Counted from the first letter of the stretch, positions 24,670 through 34,438 are shown. The stretch is 37,205 bases of DNA from a virus (IMGVR_UViG_3300037524_001078:1-37205), one strand, 5' to 3'. Made by a program: numbers and translations. Notes: generated by a model from the sequence alone, not told the origin.

Positions 24670-25515
24670 TTACGGGCACTCCGTGATTACGATCAGCCAG
24701 TCGTCATCGTACCCGGAATACTTGGCCCAGCAGGCCGAGCCAGATGCACCAGAGAAGACGTAGAGCCCGGCTGTCTTGGTTTCCAGGTTGTGCAGCGTCA
24801 CGCTCGTGTCGTCGTGATCCGGGCCAAATCCGTACTGGTTCGTGAGCGTCCCCGCTACCGTCGCTGATGCGGTGGTGTAGGCGGCATCGGCGGTCGCACG
24901 GGCCCAATCCTTCAGCGGATACTGCACCGTCGAAACGACGTACCACCGGCGACTCTGGCGATGCGGCATGACAATGACCCGCGTCCCAGACGGCAGCGAG
25001 CCGGAGTCTTCGCCCAGCAGCCAATCGTAGACCGTCACGCCGGTGATGGCACTCGCCTCCTCGGCCGTCGTGCCGTACTTCCAGATCGTCGCCGTAGCGG
25101 ACGAGCCGGGACTCAACGTCGACGTGAGTTTTGCCATGTGCCAGTTGGCAACTGGAAAGACCCAGTGCCGACCGTTCGATTTGTCCCACCACAACGGCAG
25201 TCGCTCGCCAGCGAGGTGGATGCTGCCTTGAACCTCGGCAATGCGTGTCTGATCGGCGAACGAGCCCCACTCGAGAATCGGATCGTTGCCTTCGGACCAT
25301 GTGCCGGTGGTGTAGATGCCGTGCCCGGTCTTCTGCTCCCTGTACCGGTTCACGTCGTCGTGCAGTTGCACCAACCGCAATTGCTGCTCGACTGCCTTTG
25401 GCGGACCGCCCACCTCGTCGTGCAGCCAGTTGATGGCGTCGACGAGTTGGTTGTAGTGGGATGCCGAAAGCTGATCGCCAGGTCGAACGCGACTGATTTT
25501 GGTTGGCTTGCTCAT
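24670..25515 (-). CDS. Putative tail/baseplate protein
   Basis: N-terminal GD.LSA..YN.LVDAIN motif, common in virion proteins, and position after the TMP. Confidence 0.55.
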   Translation of the reverse strand: MSKPTKISRVRPGDQLSASHYNQLVDAINWLHDEVGGPPKAVEQQLRLVQLHDDVNRYREQKTGHGIYTTGTWSEGNDPILEWGSFADQTRIAEVQGSIHLAGERLPLWWDKSNGRHWVFPVANWHMAKLTSTLSPGSSATATIWKYGTTAEEASAITGVTVYDWLLGEDSGSLPSGTRVIVMPHRQSRRWYVVSTVQYPLKDWARATADAAYTTASATVAGTLTNQYGFGPDHDDTSVTLHNLETKTAGLYVFSGASGSACWAKYSGYDDDWLIVITECP

Positions 25516-25533
25516 GTCGGTCCGCGGTTGGCG

Positions 25534-26370
25534 TTATGAATACTTGAAGATGTCGTTCAGATCCGCTTCGGGGATGATCTTGTTGCTGCCGGTCTTCGTG
25601 ACGATGCGGTCCCAGGCCCCCGTCGAAGGATCGAGAAAATGATTCCAGCCGGCGGCGTCAGCATTCGTCCCGCCTTGACAGATGCGAGCCTGAAACGTCA
25701 GGCGGCATTCGTACGACACGCTGCCGTCGGTTTTCGCTTGCCGACCGGCGTTGAACCCGCTGAAGATCACGCGTTCGGCAGCATGCCCGAGAAACGTCGA
25801 CGAATTGCACTTGCCGACGTAGGTATACCACGTACTGAGCGGCGGGTTCGGGACGTTGTGCCACGTCAGATCGTGGTTGATCATTGTAATCGGAAAGCCA
25901 GGGAGCACGTCTTCATGGACGGCAGCGCCGCCAGTGCTCCACTTCAGCCCCGACAGTGCATGGGTCATGTACTGCTGCTGGACGCTGATGTCGTGGCTCA
26001 TCCACGTCGTCGGATCGTCCGGATTGCTATCGGGATTCGACTGCTCATCGTAATCGACCGTGCCGTACTCCAGCGTTATGTCTGCCCCGCTGCCGCACAC
26101 GGCCCGGTTATACGAATCCGTCCCGCTGATGTTGTTGGCGTCAAACGGCTCGACCTTCACGCTGCGGAGAATCAACGCCGACCGACCGGGAAATGTAGAT
26201 TGCCCAGGCCGGTACGGATTGTCGCCGGTGGGGACGCCGCCGGGAAACAGGTCGTCGATGTACTCGTCGACGTCGGCCCAATCGTAGAGCCGCAGCCGCC
26301 GCGTGGCTGTGATGCCGCGCTCGCTGATGTCGTAGGTCGGTGCTTGCAGTTCCTCGAGGTCGTAAGCCAT
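25534..26370 (-). CDS. Putative distal tail/hub protein
   Basis: Immediately follows the tape measure gene; beta-rich, 278 aa. Confidence 0.55.
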   Translation of the reverse strand: MAYDLEELQAPTYDISERGITATRRLRLYDWADVDEYIDDLFPGGVPTGDNPYRPGQSTFPGRSALILRSVKVEPFDANNISGTDSYNRAVCGSGADITLEYGTVDYDEQSNPDSNPDDPTTWMSHDISVQQQYMTHALSGLKWSTGGAAVHEDVLPGFPITMINHDLTWHNVPNPPLSTWYTYVGKCNSSTFLGHAAERVIFSGFNAGRQAKTDGSVSYECRLTFQARICQGGTNADAAGWNHFLDPSTGAWDRIVTKTGSNKIIPEADLNDIFKYS

Positions 26371-26400
26371 TGTGCATCCCTGCCGTCCGCTGCGAGTATG

Positions 26401-28590
26401 TTACGGTGCAAACCCGAACTTCAAATTGCCGATCGCCGTCTTGATGCCTGTTAGCAGGTCCGGCATCACCTTCGTTGTCGCCACCGCCGTATCCGCCGTG
26501 TTTTTTTCGATGTCCGCCTGCAGTTTCTCTTGGTTTTTCTCCATGAGCTTCTGCTGCATGCTGGTAAGGAAACTGGTCACGTCGGACAGTTCGCCGCCTT
26601 GGTCGCGTGCCTTCTTCCCTTTCTGGTACTCCTGAATCATGCCGTCGACGACGTTGCCGCCCATTTCCACGAAGCCGGCACCAAGTCCTTTCAGCCAGGA
26701 CAAACCTCCGGCGGCGGCACCTGCCACGGCAGATTGAGCCGCCGAGATGTCTCCACCTGCCGCCGCGGCTGGCGTAGAGAATTTCGCCCGGTAGGCATCC
26801 ATCGCTATGATGCTTTCCAGTTGTGCTTTCAGTTCTTCCACCTTCTGCTGGTATCTTCGTACTGTCTGGATTGCCAATGCTGCCGATTCGCTTTGCTCGT
26901 CTGCTGCCAACTTCCTCGCATGTGCCTTTTGAGCGACAATCTCTTTTTCCAACTCTGCGATATTTGCCGAAACAGTTTCCTGTGTGGACTCTCCGCGAAG
27001 CCGCTGCTGTTCGTTTTTGGCGAGGATGGCTAGGACGTCACGGGTGTTCTTTTTTGTGACGTTTCCAGCCGCAATCGCATCGTTGGCCCGCGTGACGGCA
27101 TTCTCGAATCCCAGCAACCTGGCCGTGCCCTCGGCGATCGAATCGAACCACGTTTGGCCGGTCATTTGTGCGTGAACAAATGCAGCAGCCAAGGCTGTAA
27201 CTCCCAGCACAAGCACACCGGCTGGCGAAAACAGCAGCGCCAATCCAGATGTCCCCATCGCAGCGCCAAGCAATGTAAACGTCACCTTTAATACTTTCAG
27301 GGCCGCAACGATGCCAAGTATCTTGGGAGCCATTCCGACCAGCCACGGCATCAAATCCTTCTTTACTGAAATTCGATCCGCCAGCCGCTCGAACCACGCC
27401 GAAATTTCCACCAGCGCCGGTTTGAGTGCCTCTCCGATATTGTTCGCAACTTCGCTGACGCTGCCTTTGAGTTGCTCGAACTTACCCCACAACGTGTTCA
27501 TCTGGATTGCAGCAATCATAGCCGCACGTCCTGCCGAACCAAATAAAGCTGCCATCTTCGTGCGGATCACGTCGCCGCCAGCCGACATGAGTTCGATCAG
27601 CCCGGACAGTGCCCGCGTCTCGGCAATGTGCCCCAGTGCCGCGTTGCGTTGCTCCTCGGTCATCCCAGCCGTCGCCCGGTTCAACTGGTCGATGATGGAA
27701 CTCATTGGCATGAATTTTCCGGCCGAGTCGTAAACACTCACGCCTAATCCATCAAGTGCCTTTTTCGCTTCCTTCGTCGGTGATCGCAGATTCACAAACA
27801 ACTGCCGAAGCGATGTACCTGCCATACTGGCCTGAATGCCAGCGTCCGAGAGAATCTGAATCATGGCTGTCGTCTCTTCCAGCGAAGAGTTCGACGAAGC
27901 CGCCACCGGACCCACGTACTTGAATGCTTCCCCTAGCATCTGCAGATCGGTATTGCTGGTCGTGAACGCCTGAGCCATCACGTCCACCACACGCCCCACT
28001 TCCTCTGCAGGAATCTTCATGCCCTTCATAATCTTGCTGACGATGTCGGCCGACGTGGCCATGTCCAACTGCCCGGCAGCAGCTAGGTTTAATGTGCCAG
28101 GCATGGCTTTCATAATCTCATCGACCTTCAAGCCGTTCTGGGCGAAGTATCCCATCGCGTTGGCGGCATCTTGGGACGAAAACACCGTCTCCTTACCGAG
28201 CTTGCGGGCCTGAGCCGAAAGCGCCTCGAACTGCGGTACAGATGCACCGGTGATCGCCTTCACGCGGGCCATCGACTGTTCAAAGTCGCCGAATTGCTTG
28301 ACAGACGCTCCGAGTGCAAAAGCCCCACCACCCACGCCCGCCATCGCAGCCCATGGCGTGGCAATCGCCCGTAGACTCGTCCCCATGCGGCCGATCTCGG
28401 CTGTTACTGCCGACACCCGCGACTTCAGGCCGTCGAACAGTTTTGTGCCGACCGCTTTATTCCCATCGCCAGCCAGTCGTGACATTTCCTGCTTAAACGC
28501 TGACCGGGCGGCTGTCATCGACTTGGCAAATGCCGTCGACACGAGAATGTCGACATAGGCGGTCGCGATCGAGTTACCGGAAGTCGGCAT
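26401..28590 (-). CDS. Tail tape measure protein (TP901-type core)
   Basis: FEQSMARVKAITGA..., ARKLGKET.FS..DAA.AM, NTDL..LGEAFKYVGP and AGTSLR; Ala/Gly-rich and helical. Confidence 0.95.
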   Translation of the reverse strand: MPTSGNSIATAYVDILVSTAFAKSMTAARSAFKQEMSRLAGDGNKAVGTKLFDGLKSRVSAVTAEIGRMGTSLRAIATPWAAMAGVGGGAFALGASVKQFGDFEQSMARVKAITGASVPQFEALSAQARKLGKETVFSSQDAANAMGYFAQNGLKVDEIMKAMPGTLNLAAAGQLDMATSADIVSKIMKGMKIPAEEVGRVVDVMAQAFTTSNTDLQMLGEAFKYVGPVAASSNSSLEETTAMIQILSDAGIQASMAGTSLRQLFVNLRSPTKEAKKALDGLGVSVYDSAGKFMPMSSIIDQLNRATAGMTEEQRNAALGHIAETRALSGLIELMSAGGDVIRTKMAALFGSAGRAAMIAAIQMNTLWGKFEQLKGSVSEVANNIGEALKPALVEISAWFERLADRISVKKDLMPWLVGMAPKILGIVAALKVLKVTFTLLGAAMGTSGLALLFSPAGVLVLGVTALAAAFVHAQMTGQTWFDSIAEGTARLLGFENAVTRANDAIAAGNVTKKNTRDVLAILAKNEQQRLRGESTQETVSANIAELEKEIVAQKAHARKLAADEQSESAALAIQTVRRYQQKVEELKAQLESIIAMDAYRAKFSTPAAAAGGDISAAQSAVAGAAAGGLSWLKGLGAGFVEMGGNVVDGMIQEYQKGKKARDQGGELSDVTSFLTSMQQKLMEKNQEKLQADIEKNTADTAVATTKVMPDLLTGIKTAIGNLKFGFAP

Positions 28591-29278
28591 GAACGGGCCC
28601 TTTCGTCACCTCGCGGAGTTTTTTCTGCTCGCGTTCCCACTGCTCACGGGACACCCGCCGACCGCGGACGTTGGCCGCCTCGATGTACAACTCACGGAAG
28701 GTGTACATCGTCAACTCGCCCACGTCGGACGGCGTCAGCCCCATGTACGCCTCGCACAATTGCCGTACGGCGTACTTCCAGTTGAACCGCTTGCGTTTCG
28801 CAGGTTGTGCCTCGTCGTCGTCTACGGCGGTTGTGCGAAGCCAGTCGCGTTCTGAGGCTTCCGTCAGCCCATTGATCGTGGCTTGCGTCACCAGCAGCCG
28901 CTCGAACTCGTCGTCCGGCAATGCGTGAACATATTCATCCGCTTCGTCGAATTTCGCTGGCTGATGCCGACTTAGCATCAACCACAACGCCAGTGCCGAC
29001 CCCGTTCGCGTCTCGAGGTATCGCTGCATACTGTCCGGGTCGATATAGTTCGGCAGCCGCCGCTCTTCCTCTACGGCTGCCTCGACAAGTGATCCGACCA
29101 CTTCCACTGGTATCCCGAGCAGACTCTTGCGAACGGCCATCAGCGGCGACGGACGCTGTGCCAGGAGGTAGTTCTCAATCGTGCCGTAATCCACCAACCG
29201 CAACGGCGACAGAAGTCGCAGTTGACCGCCGATGCGAATCGGCAGCGGTGCAGCCACGGCACGGCACAAACCATCCAT
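28574..29278 (-). CDS. Tail assembly chaperone (paralogue 2)
   Basis: Lies between the tail tube genes and the TMP. C-terminal GLTPSDVGELT motif; N-terminal similarity to 29282-29758. Confidence 0.65.
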   Translation of the reverse strand: MDGLCRAVAAPLPIRIGGQLRLLSPLRLVDYGTIENYLLAQRPSPLMAVRKSLLGIPVEVVGSLVEAAVEEERRLPNYIDPDSMQRYLETRTGSALALWLMLSRHQPAKFDEADEYVHALPDDEFERLLVTQATINGLTEASERDWLRTTAVDDDEAQPAKRKRFNWKYAVRQLCEAYMGLTPSDVGELTMYTFRELYIEAANVRGRRVSREQWEREQKKLREVTKGPVHADFR

Positions 29279-29281
29279 CGG

Positions 29282-29758
29282 TCAACTCCGCACGAGCCCG
29301 TCGCGTTGAGCCAGCATCTGCATGAACTCCTCCTCAGTGGCGCTTTCCACGATTGCATCAATCTCGGATAACGCTACGTCAGGATGGTTCTTCCGGACCA
29401 TCAGCCAGAACATCATCGCCGCACCCTCGCGTGTGTCGAGAGCCGCCGCGAAATCGGCATCCGTGATCGCCGTCGGCATGGACGACTCGCGGGCCAACGC
29501 ATCCCGCAGCAAGGCGAGCTGCTGGTCTGGCGTCAGGCCGTCCAGTTTCGCCTTGGCAATGTCCAGCGGCGACCGGCGGTGCTTGAGAATGAACTCCTCC
29601 ATCTGCCGTACGCCATCACGGCCCGGAGGCAGGAGGTAGTACGTCCGTCCACCTAGCTCCATCGGATAGCCAGGCGGCGGCTTCCGTTCATCGAGCCGCT
29701 CGCGAGCCTTCTCGAGCGACTTTCGCTGTCGCGTCTTTGCGTGCTGTTGTTCGGTCAC
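29282..29758 (-). CDS. Tail assembly chaperone (paralogue 1)
   Basis: LGGRTYYLLP...EEFILKHRRSPL...LDG. Follows the tail tube genes. Likely start is GTG 29758 after AAGGA. Confidence 0.65.
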   Translation of the reverse strand: MTEQQHAKTRQRKSLEKARERLDERKPPPGYPMELGGRTYYLLPPGRDGVRQMEEFILKHRRSPLDIAKAKLDGLTPDQQLALLRDALARESSMPTAITDADFAAALDTREGAAMMFWLMVRKNHPDVALSEIDAIVESATEEEFMQMLAQRDGLVRS

Positions 29759-29769
29759 GGCAGATTCCT

Positions 29770-30153
29770 TTACGCCGGTACGTCGGTCCAAGCACCGTTG
29801 GTGGTCGCCTCCACCGATACGGTCGGCGGCTCGCCTTCCTCGATGTTCACGTCGTCCGACATCGAATCGATGATGATTGGCACGCTGTAGTACTTCGTCG
29901 CATTGCGGTACAACAGCAGCGTCAACGAGTCACCCTCGTTGATCTCGCTTTCCGGCGGGTCCGCTGGATCGACGACCATCTCGAACGACACTGTGCCCGA
30001 AAACTGACCAGGCACCGTCTTCTGGTAGCCCGACGTGCTGGACGTGGTGTATGCTTTCACGTTGCCGCTGCGGTCGAACTTCCAATTTTTGATTTCGCGG
30101 AGCGACGACGCCCCGATCATGATCTTCCCGAGCTTTCCACTTTCGACAGTCAT
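29770..30153 (-). CDS. Major tail (tube) protein, paralogue B
   Basis: 127 aa with ESGK.GKI.IG...IKNWKFDRS...SGTVSFE, and typical gene position. Confidence 0.75.
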   Translation of the reverse strand: MTVESGKLGKIMIGASSLREIKNWKFDRSGNVKAYTTSSTSGYQKTVPGQFSGTVSFEMVVDPADPPESEINEGDSLTLLLYRNATKYYSVPIIIDSMSDDVNIEEGEPPTVSVEATTNGAWTDVPA

Positions 30154-30207
30154 TGTCGCTGCTCCTCCTGACTATGGTTTTGTCGACTTGCTGATTGGAT
30201 TGGCGGA

Positions 30208-30588
30208 TTACGATGGCTTCGTCCAGGTGCCGTGTGTGGACGCCTCGACGCTGACGGTTGGCGGTTCGCCTTCTTCAATGTTCACGTCGTCCGACATGGA
30301 CTCGATGCGGCACGGCACGGTCCAGTATTTCGAGGCGTTGCGATAGAGTTTGAGCGTCACCAGATCGCCGACGTTCAGGATGCTGTTGATCGACGTGGAC
30401 TGGTCGATCACCGCCTCGAACGACACAGTACCAGACTTGTTCGCCGCCACTGCCTTTTGGTAGCCCGCCGTGCTTGAGCTGGCGTAAGTCTTCACGTTGG
30501 ACGACCGATCGAACTTCCAGTTTTTGATGTCCGTGACATCGCTGGAGCCGATCACAATTTTGCCCGTTTTGCCACTTTCAACAGCCAT
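30208..30588 (-). CDS. Major tail (tube) protein, paralogue A
   Basis: Close paralogue of 29770-30153, sharing SMSDDVNIEEGEPPTVSVEA. Start is ATG 30588. Confidence 0.75.
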   Translation of the reverse strand: MAVESGKTGKIVIGSSDVTDIKNWKFDRSSNVKTYASSSTAGYQKAVAANKSGTVSFEAVIDQSTSINSILNVGDLVTLKLYRNASKYWTVPCRIESMSDDVNIEEGEPPTVSVEASTHGTWTKPS

Positions 30589-30609
30589 TGCGAATCCTTT
30601 CTCTGTATG

Positions 30610-30666
30610 AAAAGCGGCGGCCCCCGGCACAAAGTGGTGGTTGGTGGCCTGGGGGCAGTCGCCGCA
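30610..30666 (-). terminator. Possible intrinsic terminator or attenuator
   Basis: GCGGCG..CCCCAGGC ... GCCGGGGG.CCGCCGC followed by UUUU on -. The stem is imperfect. Confidence 0.4.
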
Positions 30667-30669
30667 AAT

Positions 30670-31221
30670 TTAGTCTGTGCCGACGATGATCACGTCCACG
30701 TCGACATTTGCCACGCCTCCGCCGTTGAGTTGAATCTGCAGTTTGTCTGCCGTGCCGGCCGACACGGTCCAGCCGTCCATCGGAGCGGTGGCACAGAACA
30801 TGCCGCCGCTTGGGAGCACGATCTTGGCGTCGATGTCGCTGTTGAACATGGCGTCCCAAGCGTCCGCCGCCCCGCTGCCGCCGATGTGGATGTATTCGCC
30901 GGCCGTCGGCGTCCACGTTTCGTGCGAGGCGTCCGGCACACCTTTGTTGATGATGATGAGCTGCCGGATCTTGGTGAACGTCAGCGTCTCGCCGAAGACA
31001 TTGGTCAGCGACCCAGCCAGGTCCAGCGTGGCGGTGGCTGCCGCCGGCGTGAGGTACAGCCGGTCGTGGTGCATGTCGCTGGCTTGGTTGTCGCTGGTGC
31101 CGTTCGTCAGGGCCTGCCGCTCTTTGTAGCTCTGCGAGTCGGTGATCGTCGAAATATCGACGACGTTGTCAAACTGCCAGGCCAGTTTCAGTTCTGCGGT
31201 GATCACAAGCGAGGTGGCCAT
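30670..31221 (-). CDS. Hypothetical virion structural protein
   Basis: Beta-rich, 183 aa, within the tail module; GGAG RBS. Confidence 0.55.
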   Translation of the reverse strand: MATSLVITAELKLAWQFDNVVDISTITDSQSYKERQALTNGTSDNQASDMHHDRLYLTPAAATATLDLAGSLTNVFGETLTFTKIRQLIIINKGVPDASHETWTPTAGEYIHIGGSGAADAWDAMFNSDIDAKIVLPSGGMFCATAPMDGWTVSAGTADKLQIQLNGGGVANVDVDVIIVGTD

Positions 31222-31249
31222 GCCGGGACTCCCTTCGCATCAGCAGGCG

Positions 31250-31651
31250 TTAGTCGAGGTACACATCCAGGTCGCCAGCAGCGAACTCAGGCGTAATACC
31301 TGTGGACACAGCCAAACTGCTGCCGAGCGAACCAAAGAACAGCATGTTGCCGCCGCTGGAGGCATCGCAAACGGCAAAGTGCGTGACGGTGGAACTTCCA
31401 GCAGAGCAGGCACCAAACGTCAAGGCACCTGCGTTCTGCGTGTGTCCGCTGCTGGCAGCCTCCCAGTCTGACCCGGACGTACTCTTGCGAGCATAGCCCG
31501 TATAGTTCGCCTCCACGATCGTCGAGCCTGTACTGGCGTCTGTCGGTGCCGTCGTGCACAGTGCAATGTACGCCGTCGGCATGCTGTAGCTCGTCTTTCC
31601 AACGATGTGATCGAGTAGCTTGTTTTCGAGATAATCGGAAGCGCCTGCCAT
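31250..31651 (-). CDS. Phage tail-associated/fibre protein
   Basis: SDYLENKLLDH...YIAL.T..P.D...GYAR...TF...VTHFAV.DA.SGGNMLF is a recurring phage structural-protein pattern. Confidence 0.75.
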   Translation of the reverse strand: MAGASDYLENKLLDHIVGKTSYSMPTAYIALCTTAPTDASTGSTIVEANYTGYARKSTSGSDWEAASSGHTQNAGALTFGACSAGSSTVTHFAVCDASSGGNMLFFGSLGSSLAVSTGITPEFAAGDLDVYLD

Positions 31652-31694
31652 GTTGTTTCATCCTCCTTGCGGGACACAATTGCCACCCGCCAAC

Positions 31695-31732
31695 AAAAAA
31701 ACCGACTTCGAGCACATCGGGCCCGAAGTCGG
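31695..31732 (-). terminator. Intrinsic terminator
   Basis: CCGACUUCGGGC-7 nt loop-GCUCGAAGUCGG followed by U7. Confidence 0.8.
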
Positions 31733-31766
31733 CTCTCGTTTCTACCTGAACGGCGTGTGGAGATAC

Positions 31767-31976
31767 CTACTTTTTCGGCGGCACCGGGCGAAACATCTTG
31801 CGAGCTTCGCCCTGCATGCTGTTCTCCTGAATTATCCCGTCTGCAACCGTAAACGTCAACTCGACGGTGGCGAAGGTGCCACGGTGCGTTACCTCGGTAA
31901 TCAGCCTATCCAAGAGCTGATGCACCTCGTTGATGTTTCTGGCGTTGGTAAGGTTGCCGGTCGTGCCACCACTCAC
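31767..31976 (-). CDS. Small hypothetical protein (DUF2292/YezD-like)
   Basis: F.TVELTF.V.DG.I pattern, with a GGAGG RBS. Confidence 0.55.
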   Translation of the reverse strand: MSGGTTGNLTNARNINEVHQLLDRLITEVTHRGTFATVELTFTVADGIIQENSMQGEARKMFRPVPPKK

Positions 31977-31992
31977 GCCGCCTCCTTAGCGT

Positions 31993-32478
31993 TTAACTCG
32001 GGCTGTAATCGACGGCCAAGCGTTGAAGAATTTTGTAGTCAAGCCTGCCTGCCCACACGCGATCCCGCGAGTCCTGAGTGATATTATCCTTGATCCTTCG
32101 CACTTCTATGACGTAGCCATACAAGTCACTGAGCGACAGGGTCGCAAAATTGTAGGCCCCATCGAGCACCTCCATTAACGAACCGACGGCACTTACCGGA
32201 TCGGTGTCTTCCACCTCCTGGTAATACACTGACATTTGAATCAAGTATTCCCTAAACTCACTCGAACTTGTCCAGCTAACAGGCGAGCCGCCAGAGGAAA
32301 GGAATCGCACGAAAGGATATTCTGCACCTGCTGGAGCTGTAATGTACCAAAGACCTCCTGGGAAATATGTGTCAAGCGATTTCTCTACCCAGCGAGATGC
32401 GATTGCTTCGTAAATCCGACTTGACATGGCAAGAAAACCTCTCAATAGGTACGTACTTCCGACAAGCTCGTACTGCAA
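31993..32478 (-). CDS. Putative tail terminator/completion protein
   Basis: AP.GAEYPFV motif and position. The true start may be at MSSRIY. Confidence 0.6.
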   Translation of the reverse strand: MQYELVGSTYLLRGFLAMSSRIYEAIASRWVEKSLDTYFPGGLWYITAPAGAEYPFVRFLSSGGSPVSWTSSSEFREYLIQMSVYYQEVEDTDPVSAVGSLMEVLDGAYNFATLSLSDLYGYVIEVRRIKDNITQDSRDRVWAGRLDYKILQRLAVDYSPS

Positions 32479-32481
32479 CAG

Positions 32482-33027
32482 CTAAAACTTAAGCATTGAC
32501 TGTGCATTGCCTGACGGTTTCGCCATTTCATATAATTTCATTGAACCTTTTTTCCCAGACAGAATCATTTGTATTACCCCACCCATTTCTGACACGGAAG
32601 TTTTTAGGTATGGCCTTTGTTCAACGTGTTCAGTTCCGGTTTCTAGCCCTAGTGCATACTCAACAGGTAATCTTCCATCGGCGTTAGCCCCAACCCTAAC
32701 ACCAATCTGCCCTTTTTCACGAATAAGAATCCAACTAAGCGATGCTCGCAACCTTCCTGTGTCAACATGCGGCGGATTGTATGGCCTGGATGGCCCAGAG
32801 TCCTGCGTGAATCCTTGGGAAATCTTTGAATAGATATATCGTGTTAATTGAGCACCAATGCTAGATAGCCTTGGAAACATAGCCTTGTCGACCTGTCGCT
32901 TTAACTTTGTTACATCAAGTTGCCTTACAATTTTGACATTAACTCTTGGCTTTGGGAATGAAATCTCTTTTCCTGAGAACTTCCGTTGGCCGCCAGAATA
33001 GCCAAGCGTAGTCGTAAACCCTTTCAT
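32482..33027 (-). CDS. HK97 gp10-like tail completion/neck protein
   Basis: PHVDTGRLRASL...EYALGLETGT..V.QRPYL. Confidence 0.8.
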   Translation of the reverse strand: MKGFTTTLGYSGGQRKFSGKEISFPKPRVNVKIVRQLDVTKLKRQVDKAMFPRLSSIGAQLTRYIYSKISQGFTQDSGPSRPYNPPHVDTGRLRASLSWILIREKGQIGVRVGANADGRLPVEYALGLETGTEHVEQRPYLKTSVSEMGGVIQMILSGKKGSMKLYEMAKPSGNAQSMLKF

Positions 33028-33030
33028 CGC

Positions 33031-33381
33031 TCACTCCTCAATCAGTTCACCCGGATCGTGGCACAAGGGCGGCAGCCAAGGCGGAATGTCGCCCAGCCCG
33101 GCCCGCCGCCGCCGCTCCGTCTCCGTCCATTCGCCACGAATCCGCTGCGTTTCTTTTTCAATGATAGCACTTACGATCCGCTGCGACTCGTCGTTTTCGT
33201 CGCAGGTCGCCAAGGCGTAATGTTCCAGCGACGATAACTTCATCCCACGCCGCCGACAGTATGTTTTGGTCCTTCGTACCGCGTTGAAAATTACCGTGCA
33301 ACAGTAGCAGCGTTTTGATTTCGTAGGACGGCCGCAGTCGAGGCATTCGTGCTGTCGACCGTTGCTGTTGGCGTGAGCCAT
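33031..33381 (-). CDS. Zinc-finger hypothetical protein
   Basis: CLDCGRP..KRCYCC and IRGEWT..ERRRR. The ATG is coupled to the upstream stop. Confidence 0.55.
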   Translation of the reverse strand: MAHANSNGRQHECLDCGRPTKSKRCYCCTVIFNAVRRTKTYCRRRGMKLSSLEHYALATCDENDESQRIVSAIIEKETQRIRGEWTETERRRRAGLGDIPPWLPPLCHDPGELIEE

Positions 33382-33728
33382 CAGCCAGCATCCTTCACCG
33401 TGTTGCAGTAGACTTTCCACATCCGATCCATTTCGTGTGGATTGTACGCCGCCACGACCTTCAGCTTGAGAGCCGTGCCATCCGTGTCGGTGTAGCCGAT
33501 GTAGTCTTTCGTGGTGACGCTCGGATTCTCCGTGAAGTAGAACCGGTAGTCGGCGATTATATCGTCTTTGGCCACTTCCATCCCGTAAGTCGGCTTGAGT
33601 GGCCGGGCCCGACAACGCAAGCCGCTCGTGCGAGTCGTCCACGAAATCACCTGCCCGCCAGACGCTCCTCGCGTGACGTTTCGCCGGAGGATGTCGCAGG
33701 TGTGAATCATCAACGAGGACAGCGTCAT
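33381..33728 (-). CDS. Head-closure (stopper) protein, SPP1 gp16-like
   Basis: 115 aa, MTLSSLMIHTCDILRR...GG...W. Follows the adaptor gene with an ATGA overlap. Confidence 0.7.
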   Translation of the reverse strand: MTLSSLMIHTCDILRRNVTRGASGGQVISWTTRTSGLRCRARPLKPTYGMEVAKDDIIADYRFYFTENPSVTTKDYIGYTDTDGTALKLKVVAAYNPHEMDRMWKVYCNTVKDAG

Positions 33729-34438
33729 CCGATCGCCCTCCGACGAAATGGCTTGAGCAGCATCTTGGCATCCATCGGCAGGTTGACAATCGACGACTCC
33801 ATTTCGTTGGCGGAATACTGCACGAAGTAGTCGTCGATCTTCTCGCTGATAATCCGCCCGCCACCGCTTTCGTTCTGCTGAGCTGCCCGGCTGTACGTTT
33901 CGGAGATGGTCTTGAGCACCGCCAATTTGATATCGCTGGCGTCCAGCCGCGGGTCGTCCACGTCGCCATCCAACTCGTCGGCCGTCCAGCCGGCGGTGTA
34001 GACGACTTTCAAGCTGCCGGGGATGGCGGCCCAGGTGCTGGAGATTCGCACGACGTGCCCGAACCACGATAGCCCGCTCTGATCGACCGCCAGATAGTAG
34101 TCCGAGCCTGACGTGAGTAGGTCGTCCGAGCCAAACGCACCGGCCGCCGAGCCGGCGTAGGCGTACTCGTCCTCGTGGATGGTGGTGATAGACCGCACCG
34201 GATACTCCGGCAGCCGCAGCACCTCGCCAAGGTCCGGCTTGCCAATGCACTGGCCTGGCGAAGGCAGAAAGTGCGTGTAGGTGGCCTGGACGATGTTGGT
34301 GCCGACGTAACGTCGGATGGATCGTTCCGTAAGCCGCTGGATCAGCTCCAGCCGAGCCACGACGGACGAATCTGTCTCCGTCTCTTTGGACATGTAGGAC
34401 AGCACTTCGTCCATGCTGGTGATTGACGCGATTGCCAC
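33725..34438 (-). CDS. Head-tail adaptor/connector protein
   Basis: L.LP.YPV.SI, VVYTAGW, DIKLAVL, SEKIDDY.V.Y and LP..AK.LL.PFRR. Confidence 0.8.
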   Translation of the reverse strand: MAIASITSMDEVLSYMSKETETDSSVVARLELIQRLTERSIRRYVGTNIVQATYTHFLPSPGQCIGKPDLGEVLRLPEYPVRSITTIHEDEYAYAGSAAGAFGSDDLLTSGSDYYLAVDQSGLSWFGHVVRISSTWAAIPGSLKVVYTAGWTADELDGDVDDPRLDASDIKLAVLKTISETYSRAAQQNESGGGRIISEKIDDYFVQYSANEMESSIVNLPMDAKMLLKPFRRRAIG

